A stretch of 64,000 bases of DNA from a virus (lineage: Duplodnaviria; Heunggongvirae; Uroviricota; Caudoviricetes), in the IMG/VR virus record IMGVR_UViG_2713896798_000008. One strand, 5' to 3'. Below, piece by piece: positions 52,686 through 62,704 of the stretch. The notes under the pieces are model-generated. The model was given only the letters and a program-made list of their open reading frames with translations. It had not been told where the DNA came from and did no database searches. A program made the translations under genes and the position numbers. Positions within the stretch are counted from its first letter, which is position 1. Every line of letters starts with the position of its first letter.

Positions 52686-54248
52686 TTACAGATCAACTTT
52701 CCAGGGCAACAGATCGCGTACCCGGTTTGCCGGCCAGTCCTGGATATGTTCAATGACGTAACGCAGCCACTTTTCTGGCTCCACATTGTTCAGACGGCAT
52801 GTGCCGATCAGCGAGTACAACACCGCCGCATGTTCACCACCGCTGTCGGAACCCGCGAACATCCAGTTTTTCCGGCCTACGGCCACTCCCCGTAAGGCGT
52901 TCTCTGCGATGTTGTTGTCGATTTCCACCCAGCCATTACTGCAGTACACGTTCAGTGCATCCCACTGTTTCAGCAGGTATGCGAACGCTTTTGCCGTATC
53001 TGAGTGACGCGACAGTGTTTTCATCTGTTGCTGTATCCAGTCATACAGTGACTGCATCAGTGGCGCGGCTCTGGCTTTTCTTGCCGCCAGACGCTGTTCT
53101 GCTGAACAGCCCCGGACCTCTGCCTCGATGGCATACAGTTCACCGATACGCTGCAGGGCTTCCGTGGTGATGTAGGTGGGCGCTCTTGCATGCACATCGT
53201 GGATTTTTCTCCGGGCATGAGCCATACACGCGGCTTCCGTTATTCTGCCGGATTCGTATAACGCCCGGTAACCACCGTAAGCATCGGCCTGAAGCACACC
53301 GCTGTAACCGGCCAGGTGATTTTGTGGATGGATACCTTTCCGGTCCGGACTGTACGCGAACCAGACCGCCGGGGGCATCTGTGAACCGGCGTTACGGTCA
53401 TCACGGACGTAGACCCACAGCCGGGCTGTCCGGGTTTTACCGCTGCCCGGCTCCTGGACCGGGACGGGGATATCATCAGCATGGACTTTACCGGGCATCA
53501 GCACATACTGGCGCAGGACGTCATACAGCGGCTCCAGCAGTTCAGCAACAGCACCTGTCCAGCGCCCCAGTGTGGCACGGCTCAGCTCCACTCCCTGACG
53601 ACGGTATATTTCTGACTGGCGGTATAACGGCAGATGGTCTGCATATTTCCCGGTGACAACATGGGCCAGAAGCCCCGCTCCGGCATAACTGCGTGCAATG
53701 GGTTTTGAAGGTACTGGTGCCTGCACGATATGGTCGCACCGGCAACAGGCCTGTTTCGGACGTTGTGTTTCGATAACCTTAAAGGCGCTGCTGATAAGCT
53801 CCAGTTGCTCTGACACATCACATCCCAGAGAACTGAGTTCACCACCACAGGCAGGACAGCATTCCTCTTCCGGCCGGATAACCCGGGTTTCACGGGGAAG
53901 TGAGGCCGGTAACGGTTTACGGGCTGAAGACTGGCGCAGGGCGGATGGCAGTACCGGGTCATATTGCTCACCCAGCGTTTCCGCCATTTCTTCCTGAAGT
54001 GCGCTGATTCGCTCCTGTGCTTCCTGTATCTGCCGTTCGGTTTTTGCACGAAGTTTTTCTGAGCTTTTACCGAACTGCATACGTTGCAGTTTCGCAACCA
54101 GCGCCTTCAGCCGGTTGATTTCGGAAGCATAAGCCGCCACCCGCTGTGAGAGCAGGCGGTTGTATTCAGCCATCTGGCGGATGGTGTCCTGTTGCGTCTG
54201 CAACAGTGCCCGCAGGCGGGCGTTCTCATGAGCAAGTGAGGTGTCCAT
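52686..54248 (-). CDS. IS66-family transposase (TnpC), second element
   Basis: 520-aa ORF, roughly 60 percent identical to copy 1; C-terminus a few residues shorter. Confidence 0.8.
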   Translation of the reverse strand: MDTSLAHENARLRALLQTQQDTIRQMAEYNRLLSQRVAAYASEINRLKALVAKLQRMQFGKSSEKLRAKTERQIQEAQERISALQEEMAETLGEQYDPVLPSALRQSSARKPLPASLPRETRVIRPEEECCPACGGELSSLGCDVSEQLELISSAFKVIETQRPKQACCRCDHIVQAPVPSKPIARSYAGAGLLAHVVTGKYADHLPLYRQSEIYRRQGVELSRATLGRWTGAVAELLEPLYDVLRQYVLMPGKVHADDIPVPVQEPGSGKTRTARLWVYVRDDRNAGSQMPPAVWFAYSPDRKGIHPQNHLAGYSGVLQADAYGGYRALYESGRITEAACMAHARRKIHDVHARAPTYITTEALQRIGELYAIEAEVRGCSAEQRLAARKARAAPLMQSLYDWIQQQMKTLSRHSDTAKAFAYLLKQWDALNVYCSNGWVEIDNNIAENALRGVAVGRKNWMFAGSDSGGEHAAVLYSLIGTCRLNNVEPEKWLRYVIEHIQDWPANRVRDLLPWKVDL

Positions 54249-54267
54249 ATCCTCACTTTACAACGGG

Positions 54268-54615
54268 TTATATGCGGATTCCAGCGCGTTCCGTTCGTTT
54301 CGGGTGCTTCCAGTTGATACCTTCAAGAAGCATGGATAACTGAGCCGGAGTAAGGTGCACCTTGCCGTCACGGGTGACTGGCCAGACGAAGCGGCCCCGC
54401 TCCAGGCGTTTGGTGAAGAGGCACAGTCCGTCACTGTCAGCCCACAACACTTTTATCTGGTCACCCCGGCGTCCGCGGAAGATGAACAGGTGTCCGGAGA
54501 ACGGGTCATCCTTCAGGACGTTCTGAACTTTTGATGCCAGGCCGTTAAAGCCATTTCGCATATCGGTGATACCTGCAACCAGCCAGATACGCGAACCTGC
54601 AGGGAGAGATATCAT
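54268..54615 (-). CDS. IS66 TnpB accessory protein, second element
   Basis: 115-aa ORF MISLPAGSRIWLVAGITDMRNGFNGLA. Confidence 0.85.
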   Translation of the reverse strand: MISLPAGSRIWLVAGITDMRNGFNGLASKVQNVLKDDPFSGHLFIFRGRRGDQIKVLWADSDGLCLFTKRLERGRFVWPVTRDGKVHLTPAQLSMLLEGINWKHPKRTERAGIRI

Positions 54616-55292
54616 CAGTGGCTGCTCCCTTTTATTTCGCGGATAAGTGTCTGTAATAACGCCGGCGTCAGTTTACCTTTAAGCCTGAGAGTTCCGGCCG
54701 GCAGAACCAGCTCACAACACAGACTGTCGGACGGTGTATTTATCTGCTCTGGTTCCTGTGCGGGGGCCGGGATTTTATTATCCGGCTCCGGCGTTAACGT
54801 CACGGGAAGCAGTGCCGGCATATTTTTTCCGGAAGGCAGCAGGCCACCTTTCCGGTATTGATGGCGCCAGTTGAAGAGCAGGTTATCGTTGATTCCGTTT
54901 TCCCGGGCGATCTGCGCCACACAGGCTCCGGGCTGTAGTGACTGCTCCACTAAGGCGATTTTAAACTCATAAGGGAAGTTGGGCCGCCGGGGACGTTTTT
55001 TTACCACGGGGGCTTCGGATATAACGGTGCTTTCAGGACGTACGACTGGTACCGTGGAAAATTGTCCGTAAAGGCAGGCATCAAGTTCCTGCTCCGACAT
55101 GCCTGCGGGCAAAGGCCACGAAAGGCCAGCTCTCCGAAAGCGCACGAACATACTACAAACTGTTGATTTTGGTACACTCAGGCGACGCCCGGCCACAACC
55201 CGGGGTAAATGTTCTTCAAAGTGAAGACGTAAAGCTTCAGTGATCCAGGTCCGGTGTTTCATACGATAGTGTCCATTAAAAATGATGGACAT
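54615..55292 (-). CDS. IS66 OrfA-like protein with N-terminal extension (start uncertain)
   Basis: 225-aa track ORF; conserved OrfA core begins near KKRPRRPNFPYEFK. Confidence 0.6.
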   Translation of the reverse strand: MSIIFNGHYRMKHRTWITEALRLHFEEHLPRVVAGRRLSVPKSTVCSMFVRFRRAGLSWPLPAGMSEQELDACLYGQFSTVPVVRPESTVISEAPVVKKRPRRPNFPYEFKIALVEQSLQPGACVAQIARENGINDNLLFNWRHQYRKGGLLPSGKNMPALLPVTLTPEPDNKIPAPAQEPEQINTPSDSLCCELVLPAGTLRLKGKLTPALLQTLIREIKGSSH

Positions 55293-55345
55293 TATTTTTG
55301 TAGAGCCGGAGGAAACAGACCAGACGGTTTAAATGAGCCGGTTAC

Positions 55346-55591
55346 AGACAAATTCAGGTGCTGACTGAAAAGCTTGGGAAAATCTCATCGGAAGAGGGGA
55401 TGACGACACAGCAGAAAAAAGAAATGGCTGCATTGGTACAGAAGCAAATTGAAAGCCTCTGGGCTCAACTGGAGCAGTTGTTAAGGCAGCAGGCAGAGAA
55501 AAAGAATGAAGACGCGACAGTTCAGCCTGATAAAAAAGAAGAGAAAAAAGACGATACAAATACCGCTGGCACCATTGATATTTACGTCTAA
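55346..55591 (+). pseudogene. flxA: flxA-like gene 3' fragment
   Basis: In-frame continuation ...RQIQVLTEKLGKISSEEGMTTQQKKEMAAL... immediately after IS terminus; terminator follows. Confidence 0.5.
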
Positions 55592-55606
55592 GTGACAGCC
55601 GTATTG

Positions 55607-55628
55607 TGGCCCTCATCGGGCCACTTTT
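55607..55628 (+). terminator. Intrinsic terminator after flxA
   Basis: TGGCCC-TCATC-GGGCCA hairpin followed by CTTTT. Confidence 0.5.
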
Positions 55629-56027
55629 CGCCATCAGCCTTTTCTTTAAAGACATATTATCTTTGTATCATTTCTGATAGTTAACATTACAAGATATAAG
55701 TAATGGACGCACTCCCAATTAGTCTATTTAAATCGCCACGAGTTTAACTGACAACCCATGATCAATTATGAATTGCAACTATTTCTGTAGTCACTTTTGT
55801 GGGGACAGTCCACAAAACTGCCAACTTCCGCTTCTTGCTCTTAGCGGACATTAGCATAGGCTATTTACCATAACGCCTCATTACGCGCACCGCCCAGACT
55901 GACTCAGCGCGTTTCTGGCATATCCCCGGTAAAACAAGTAACAAACCACCCGAAAATGAACACCAGAAACGCGACTTAAGGATCTACCCTATGAATGGAT
56001 ATGCACTCAACCGAATCGATCTTGGTT

Positions 56028-57341
56028 TCAATCTTTTTTATCGGGATCAGGCTTCTTTTTAGGTAACTTCGGGGGCTTAACTTGCTGATGACTTTGCGTT
56101 CGGCGCGTAAGCCAGGGATGGTCAGCTTTAGGTTTAACATAGTATTTTGAGCGTAAATCAATACGGGCATTATCCACTCGTTCATGGACACTCTTTTCAT
56201 CATCCAGTGGTATAGGCTCCGGGCCATCAACATACTTTTCCCAGCCCAGCGCTTTCCCGTCATACAGAACGTTAATTTCACCGTCAAAGTTCTCGCATAC
56301 AGTAACAACCGAATGCCTAAGTCGATATCCCCGGCCCTCACTGCGTACCTGAAACGCACTGCTTTTGTACTGGAAAGTGAGATTTTTAGACAGAACGCGC
56401 TTCGCCTGTAGGCTGAAGATATAACCCAGTTCCTCTTCAGAATGGTGCACATCAAGATGAGCATTATCAGTAGTACGAGGCGACGTAGCGAACCGGTTGT
56501 TATAGGCTTCAATAAAGGTCGGCAACCATGCATTTGCTGTTTCAATATCACTGATATTCTGAAGCCGCATTTCTTTGACCAGCCTGTCCTGTAGTGTCTG
56601 ATTGGCGCGCTCTACCCGCCCTTTTGCCTGCGGGCTGTTGGCATGGATTGGCTCGATGCCCAGTGTCTTTATCGCACGAGTGAACTGGGTCAGCTCACCT
56701 TCCCGCTCTGGGTTATTTACCCTGAATATACTGTGTCTATCAGAGTAGAGAGCGAGCGGTACGCCATGATCATTAAGGTAACCCCGGAGGGTTTCCATGT
56801 AAGCCCGGGTTGTTTCAGCAGGCACAAAACGCAACGCCATCAACGCACTGGTGGCATCATCAATGAAAACGATCAGTGTACATCTGGGGCCTCGATTTTC
56901 AAACCAGTCATGAGGTGAGCCATCAATCTGGATCAGTTCACCGTAAGATGGTCGTCGCATGCGGCGTTGATATATACGGGCAATTTTACGACGGCGTTCA
57001 CGCCATAACCCCTCTTCTATCATCCACTTTCTGAGAGTTTCAACGGATAAAGATAAACCGTGTATCTCGCGCAATTTTTCGCACGCAAACGTAGGTCCAA
57101 AATCAGCGTAACGGCCTTTGAGGAGTGAAATTACTGTTGCTCTGAATTCAGTAGAAAAGGAATTATTAGGACGCTTTCCACGTCGGTGGGAAACCAGACC
57201 AGAAGGCCCTTCATTTCTATACCGTTGCACCAGACGTTTAACCTGCCGAATAGAAATGCCAATGCGTGCCGCAGCTTGTTCCTGAATAATCTGAAGTCGG
57301 TGGAGTTCCTTATGACTCATCGTAACAGTCTCTTTGATCAT
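56028..57341 (-). CDS. DDE transposase with integrase-core domain (IS481-like family, single ORF)
   Basis: 437-aa ORF: N-terminal HTH, DDE triad context (IQIDGS, LYSDRHS, SPQAKGRVERAN). Confidence 0.6.
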   Translation of the reverse strand: MIKETVTMSHKELHRLQIIQEQAAARIGISIRQVKRLVQRYRNEGPSGLVSHRRGKRPNNSFSTEFRATVISLLKGRYADFGPTFACEKLREIHGLSLSVETLRKWMIEEGLWRERRRKIARIYQRRMRRPSYGELIQIDGSPHDWFENRGPRCTLIVFIDDATSALMALRFVPAETTRAYMETLRGYLNDHGVPLALYSDRHSIFRVNNPEREGELTQFTRAIKTLGIEPIHANSPQAKGRVERANQTLQDRLVKEMRLQNISDIETANAWLPTFIEAYNNRFATSPRTTDNAHLDVHHSEEELGYIFSLQAKRVLSKNLTFQYKSSAFQVRSEGRGYRLRHSVVTVCENFDGEINVLYDGKALGWEKYVDGPEPIPLDDEKSVHERVDNARIDLRSKYYVKPKADHPWLTRRTQSHQQVKPPKLPKKKPDPDKKD

Positions 57342-57781
57342 GAAAAATCCCCCAGAGAATTGTCTGGGGACATTTTAGAATGGTTCAAAGGGGACATTAC
57401 AGCTTGGTGTTAACAATAGCCTGCTTCTCCGTGCCTTTCGGCACGTAAGAGGCTAACCTACATGTGTCTAGCATGAAATTGGCCTCAGATTAATGTTAAG
57501 CGTCTTGCAGGACGCGTAATGTTAACTGGGGCTTTTCTCTATCTGCCGTTGGTGTCCATGCCCGAGGCAGATAGCCTCAAGCACCCGCAGTCATTCTACT
57601 TAACTAAGATTTCCCCGCAAACCGTTTTTGTCCAGCACAGTAAATATCCAACTAAACCAATGGAGTTCGCTGTATTTACCGCCAGTATTCAATGCACATG
57701 ACCGCCATGAACACCCCTAAAAAAAGGGCATTTATATATCCAAATATTAATATCAAAACATCAACTTTTTCCATATACCTT

Positions 57782-57790
57782 GCTGTGAAG
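57782..57790. repeat. IS1 target-site duplication GCTGTGAAG (left copy)
   Basis: Identical 9-mer at 58559-58567 directly flanking the other IS1 end. Confidence 0.85.
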
Positions 57791-57845
57791 GGTGATGCTG
57801 CCAACTTACTGATTTAGTGTATGATGGTGTTTTTGAGGTGCTCCA

Positions 57846-58121
57846 GTGGCTTCTGTTTCTATCAGCTGTCCCTCCTGTTCAGCTACTGACGGGGTGGTGC
57901 GTAACGGCAAAAGCATCGCCGGACATCAGCGCTATCTCTGCTCTCACTGCCGTAAAACATGGCAACTGCAGTTCACTTACACCGCTTCTCAACCCGGTAC
58001 GCACCAGAAAATCATTGATATGGCCATGAATGGCGTTGGATGCCGGGCAACTGCCCGCATTATGGGCGTTGGCCTCAACACGATTTTACGTCACTTAAAA
58101 AACTCAGGCCGCAGTCGGTAA
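57846..58121 (+). CDS. insA: IS1 InsA
   Basis: 91-aa [26 protein letters not shown]. Confidence 0.9.
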   Translation: MASVSISCPSCSATDGVVRNGKSIAGHQRYLCSHCRKTWQLQFTYTASQPGTHQKIIDMAMNGVGCRATARIMGVGLNTILRHLKNSGRSR

Positions 58122-58543
58122 CCTCGCGCATACAGCCGGGCAGTGACGTCATCGTCTGCGCGGAAATGGACGAACAGTGGGGCTATGTCGGGGCTAAATC
58201 GCGCCAGCGCTGGCTGTTTTACGCGTATGACAGGCTCCGGAAGACGGTTGTTGCGCACGTATTCGGTGAACGCACTATGGCGACGCTGGGGCGTCTTATG
58301 AGCCTGCTGTCACCCTTTGACGTGGTGATATGGATGACGGATGGCTGGCCGCTGTATGAATCCCGCCTGAAGGGAAAGCTGCACGTAATCAGCAAGCGAT
58401 ATACGCAGCGAATTGAGCGGCATAACCTGAATCTGAGGCAGCACCTGGCACGGCTGGGACGGAAGTCGCTGTCGTTCTCAAAATCGGTGGAGCTGCATGA
58501 CAAAGTCATCGGGCATTATCTGAACATAAAACACTATCAATAA
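58040..58543 (+). CDS. insB: IS1 InsB (expressed as InsAB' by frameshift)
   Basis: 167-aa ORF in -1 frame overlapping insA. Confidence 0.85.
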   Translation: MPGNCPHYGRWPQHDFTSLKKLRPQSVTSRIQPGSDVIVCAEMDEQWGYVGAKSRQRWLFYAYDRLRKTVVAHVFGERTMATLGRLMSLLSPFDVVIWMTDGWPLYESRLKGKLHVISKRYTQRIERHNLNLRQHLARLGRKSLSFSKSVELHDKVIGHYLNIKHYQ

Positions 58544-58558
58544 GTTGGAGTCATTACC

Positions 58559-58567
58559 GCTGTGAAG
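58559..58567. repeat. IS1 target-site duplication GCTGTGAAG (right copy)
   Basis: Identical 9-mer at 57782-57790. Confidence 0.85.
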
Positions 58568-58749
58568 ATGATGGGCATACATGATGCGAACAACCAGAAC
58601 GCAACAAACAAAAACTGCAATGCGTTTTTCATTATTCCTCCTACAATCAATGTGCAATTACATTTAAACACACCTCAATTTGGCCGGACATATAAATATC
58701 TAAACCAGAAAAAATCACTTACATAGCGTTACAAACTCTTTAGTCTAAA

Positions 58750-59620
58750 GGTTCATCGTAAAACATTCCCCATACTTATCAGTCCGTTCCGCGCCAGGTA
58801 GCTCATTGCCTTATCTGGCAACCTGTAATCAGGTTTCCGCTTTTTCAGTTGGCTGGTCGTTTAACCGACATAGTTAATCCATTAATCTAGTTGCCGGATG
58901 TTGGTGGATTTTCGCGTTTTAGTTGTTCATAAAAGTGCACAGCTTTAACCAGTTCTTCTGATGTAACTGGGACTGGTGAGGCAGTGAATAAGGCCTGAAT
59001 TTGATAGTTCGGCCTGTCGTTACAATCCTCTTTTTTCGGTACATATTTCCAGTCACCAGACCACTACTTCCCCTGAAAGTCCGTAACGCCTTTTTTCACG
59101 TAGCGATATCGCCATGCCACTGGTTTTGCTTGCCCCGCCGTTTCATGCCCTTCCTGATAATTAATCTCGCTCATTCATCGCCCCACTCATCACAATATGC
59201 TTCGACCGGAGTTTTTCCCGCTTCATAGTCATCACGCTAGGATTCGACATCAGCAGCACTTCCACCGCGTAACTCACCATAGTCCATTAATAGTTCATCC
59301 CGCTCTTCAAAACTGATGTTATATTTAGCTGAACAAAAATCAGCCACTTTGTTCTTCCTCATCGTCTTTTATTTCGTGGTATGAGTAATTGCAGTAGTTA
59401 AAGAAAATTTCTTATGCTCCGTCATGAATTTCCTCAGGTGTTGCGTCATCGTCCACTTCGAATACATCCTCAAAATCTCCACCAGCTATTCCCGTTTCAA
59501 TAATAATTTTGAACTTTCGCATTTCACTACCGCCCTTTCGGGCGGCCTCCTGATGTTCTGAGGGTGCAGAAATCCATCCGGTTAAGGATTAAATTTTATT
59601 TACAGAACTGAATTTAATTA
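58750..59620 (-). pseudogene. Decayed copy of prophage-A nin-region genes (homologous to 24390-25810)
   Basis: Colinear nucleotide similarity with premature stops, e.g. MRKFKIIIETGIAGGDFEDVFEVDDDATPEEIHDGA-stop. Confidence 0.6.
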
Positions 59621-59784
59621 TTCAGATATACGTATCTGTAGCCTTACGAATCTACTCACTGGATGCCTCTTTCATAAAAATAATCCAGTGGGTTTTATCG
59701 TTTTTTCCCTGTTCGTTGACAGATAACAGGTTTTCTGTCTGTCAGTGCCAGAATCTGGCTTACCGGTATTTGCGTTTCATTCCA

Positions 59785-60141
59785 TTAAAAAATCAGAACG
59801 CCGTGCGGCCTCAACACCCGAAAGGCTTCTTTAAATCTCTGTCGCGAATCATCACGCCAGGCATCTTTATTCAGCCGTCCATATTTCTTTCCCATCCAGG
59901 CGTTATCACCAACACTCTCAAGATGCGGAGGGTCTAATACAACCATCGAAAAAGATGCGTCTGCAAATGATAATGCACGAAAATCTGCGATAATGTCAGG
60001 GCTGATAATCAAGCGTCTCCCATTGCGTAATGTGTATCCTTCTTTTCTGATATCGCTGAATATCGCCCGTTCGTCAGACTTATCGAACCAGAACATGCGG
60101 CTGCCACAGCACATATCAAGAATGGTTGCCGGTGCACTCAC
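59785..60141 (-). CDS. Short methyltransferase-like protein (possibly truncated)
   Basis: DMCCGSRMFWF (AdoMet motif I-like) and LDPPH (motif IV-like) in 118 aa. Confidence 0.45.
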   Translation of the reverse strand: MSAPATILDMCCGSRMFWFDKSDERAIFSDIRKEGYTLRNGRRLIISPDIIADFRALSFADASFSMVVLDPPHLESVGDNAWMGKKYGRLNKDAWRDDSRQRFKEAFRVLRPHGVLIF

Positions 60142-60404
60142 TGCGCCACGTCCTGAAAATTACCCTGATAGAAAGCCAGTATGCGCTGCATAACTTCGCT
60201 CTTCCGGCACTCGCGACAGATTATGTTTAGGCGACTGTCGTAGCGACGTATTTCTCCGTCAGGTGATGACCAGATAAGGTCCGGATCAACCACAGCAGGT
60301 TTCTTCACCTTTGCCCTCGAGAGTTTTTTGCGGGCGTTTTGCCAGTCCTTACGCGCCTGTTCAGAGGGGAATAACCCGTATCCGGAGCTTAAGTTGCACG
60401 CCAT
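60138..60404 (-). CDS. Hypothetical protein translationally coupled to MTase-like gene
   Basis: 88-aa ORF with ATGA overlap to downstream gene. Confidence 0.4.
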   Translation of the reverse strand: MACNLSSGYGLFPSEQARKDWQNARKKLSRAKVKKPAVVDPDLIWSSPDGEIRRYDSRLNIICRECRKSEVMQRILAFYQGNFQDVAQ

Positions 60405-60462
60405 TGGGTGGGTTAAGCATAAATGTATTCCTGGTGCTAAATGGCCCGAAATTCAGGCAGAG

Positions 60463-62361
60463 ATGCGCATCTGGAAAAAACGTCGCGAAGGTGAACGCAA
60501 GGAAACCGGAAAATACACGTCTGTTGTTGATCTCGCCCGCGCCAGAGCCAATCAACAGTACACTGAAAATTCAACAGGAAAAATCAGCCCGGTCATTGCT
60601 GCCATTCATCGCGAATACAAGCAGACATGGAAAACACTGGATGACGAACTGGCCTACGCTCTCTGGCCTAGTGATGTGGATGCCGGAAACATTGACGGCA
60701 GCATCCATCGCTGGGCAAAAAAAGAAGTTATCGACAACGACCGCGAAGACTGGAAGCGTATCTCGGCATCAATGCGCAAACAGCCTGATGCCCTTCGCTA
60801 CGACCGCCAAACTATTTTTGGCCTTGTCCGTGAGCGTCCGATCGACATTCACAAAGATCCCGTAGCACTGAACAAATATATCTGCGAATACCTGACGACA
60901 AAGGGCGTGTTTGAGAATGAAGAAACAGACCTGGGCACTGTTGATGTTCTCCAGTCATCAGAAACACAAACTGATGCAGTGGAAACTGAGGTATCTGATA
61001 TCCCAAAAAATGAAACCGCGCCGGAAGCTGAACCATCTGTAGAGCGTGAGGGGCCGTTCTATTTCCTCTTCGCAGATAAGGACGGAGAAAAATACGGTCG
61101 CGCAAACAAACTCTCTGGTCTGGATAAGGCACTGGCTGCTGGCGCCACTGAAATCACAAAAGAAGAATATTTTGCCCGAAAAAATGGCACATACACGGGC
61201 TTACCGCAAAATGTAGATACCGCTGAAGATTCAGAACAACCAGAGCCGATAAAAGTTACCGCTGACGAAGTAAACAAAATTATGCAGGCAGCCAATATCA
61301 GCCAGCCTGACGCCGATAAGTTGCTTGCTGCATCACGTGGTGAATTTGTTGAAGGGATTAGTGACCCGAATGATCCGAAATGGGTTAAGGGGCTCCAGAC
61401 CCGCGATTCTGTGAACCAGAACCAGCATGAATCGGAACGGAACTACCAAAAAGCGGAACAAAACAGTCCAAATGCGTTACAAAACGAGCCAGAAACGAAA
61501 CAGCCTGAACCAGTAGCGCAACAGGAAGTGGAAAAAGTCTGCACCGCCTGCGGTCAGACCGGCGGCGGCAACTGCCCTGATTGTGGCGCGGTGATGGGCG
61601 ACGCAACATACCAAGAAACATTCGATGAAGAGTATCAGGTTGAAGTTCAGGAAGATGATCCGGAGGAAATGGAAGGCGCTGAACATCCACACAAGGAGAA
61701 CACTGGCGGCAATCAGCATCACAATAGCGATAATGAAACTGGCGAGACGGCAGATCACCCAATTAAGGTGAACGGTCATCACGAAATCACATCCACCAGC
61801 AGGACGTGTGACCATCTAATGATCGACCTTGAAACCATGGGAAAAAATCCTGATGCCCCGATCATCTCAATAGGTGCAATATTTTTCGATCCGCAAACCG
61901 GAGATATGGGACCGGAATTTAGTAAGACTATCGATCTGGAAACTGCTGGCGGAGTCATTGATCGGGACACCATTAAATGGTGGCTTAAGCAATCACGCGA
62001 AGCGCAATCTGCCATTATGACCGATGAAATCCCGTTAGATGATGCACTGTTACAATTGCGAGAATTTATCGACGAAAACTCCGGTGAATTTTTTGTTCAG
62101 GTTTGGGGAAATGGAGCCAACTTCGACAACACGATTTTGCGCCGTTCATACGAACGGCAGGGGATCCCCTGCCCGTGGCGTTACTACAACGATCGCGATG
62201 TACGCACAATCGTTGAGCTGGGGAAAGCCATAGACTTCGATGCCAGAACGGCTATTCCATTCGAAGGTGAGCGCCATAATGCACTTGATGACGCCCGTTA
62301 CCAGGCAAAATACGTTTCAGTTATCTGGCAAAAACTGATCCCGAGTCAGGCTGATTCTTAA
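60463..62361 (+). CDS. Exonuclease: distinct N-terminal region plus zinc ribbon and DEDDh 3'-5' exonuclease C-domain shared with 31630-34092
   Basis: Start taken at Met after the minus-strand gene; C-terminal 340 aa nearly identical to prophage A copy. Confidence 0.65.
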   Translation: MRIWKKRREGERKETGKYTSVVDLARARANQQYTENSTGKISPVIAAIHREYKQTWKTLDDELAYALWPSDVDAGNIDGSIHRWAKKEVIDNDREDWKRISASMRKQPDALRYDRQTIFGLVRERPIDIHKDPVALNKYICEYLTTKGVFENEETDLGTVDVLQSSETQTDAVETEVSDIPKNETAPEAEPSVEREGPFYFLFADKDGEKYGRANKLSGLDKALAAGATEITKEEYFARKNGTYTGLPQNVDTAEDSEQPEPIKVTADEVNKIMQAANISQPDADKLLAASRGEFVEGISDPNDPKWVKGLQTRDSVNQNQHESERNYQKAEQNSPNALQNEPETKQPEPVAQQEVEKVCTACGQTGGGNCPDCGAVMGDATYQETFDEEYQVEVQEDDPEEMEGAEHPHKENTGGNQHHNSDNETGETADHPIKVNGHHEITSTSRTCDHLMIDLETMGKNPDAPIISIGAIFFDPQTGDMGPEFSKTIDLETAGGVIDRDTIKWWLKQSREAQSAIMTDEIPLDDALLQLREFIDENSGEFFVQVWGNGANFDNTILRRSYERQGIPCPWRYYNDRDVRTIVELGKAIDFDARTAIPFEGERHNALDDARYQAKYVSVIWQKLIPSQADS

Positions 62362-62433
62362 TGTTCAACTGTCGCCGGTTGTGACTGGTATTCTGCAACC
62401 GGCGCTCGTCTGATGTAAGAGATAAAGAAATCG

Positions 62434-62685
62434 ATGAGCGAAGTAATCATGATTGTCTCTCCCGGCAAATGGGTATCCGAAGAGCAGTTAATTGCGCTGA
62501 AAGGAATAAAAAAAGGTACGTTAAAAAAGGCCCGGGAAAAATCGTTTATGGAAGGAAGGGAATATAAGCATGTCGCTCATGACGGTATGCCATGGGATAA
62601 CAGTCCATGCTTTTACAACCTGGAAGAAATTGATCGCTGGATTGAGCGCCAGGCATCAGCGAGACCAAGACGTCATCTTACTTGA
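62434..62685 (+). CDS. Excisionase-like protein
   Basis: 83-aa ORF, one substitution versus 34165-34416. Confidence 0.6.
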   Translation: MSEVIMIVSPGKWVSEEQLIALKGIKKGTLKKAREKSFMEGREYKHVAHDGMPWDNSPCFYNLEEIDRWIERQASARPRRHLT

Positions 62686-62704
62686 CTAAAAGCCACACTA
62701 ACTA

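Larger units (their letters stand above)
50249..52688 (-). mobile_element. IS66-family insertion sequence, copy 1 (complete, about 2.44 kb)
   Basis: Terminal inverted repeats GTAAGCGTGCAGC... at 50249 and ...CTGTACGCTTAC at 52677-52688; three ORFs orfA-tnpB-tnpC. Confidence 0.8.
52689..55345 (-). mobile_element. IS66-family insertion sequence, copy 2 (distinct sequence; lower-coordinate terminus missing)
   Basis: Upper terminus ...CCGGTTAC at 55338-55345 shares AACCGTCTGGTC with copy 1 repeat; tnpC stop falls inside copy 1 terminal repeat. Confidence 0.65.
57791..58558 (+). mobile_element. IS1 insertion sequence (768 bp)
   Basis: Ends GGTGATGCTGCCAACTTACTG and CAATAAGTTGGAGTCATTACC; contains insA and insB; flanked by 9-bp direct repeats. 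Confidence 0.9.

Noticed and set aside
55976-56551. 191-aa minus-strand ORF
   Set aside because: Overlaps the 437-aa transposase ORF in another frame; spurious
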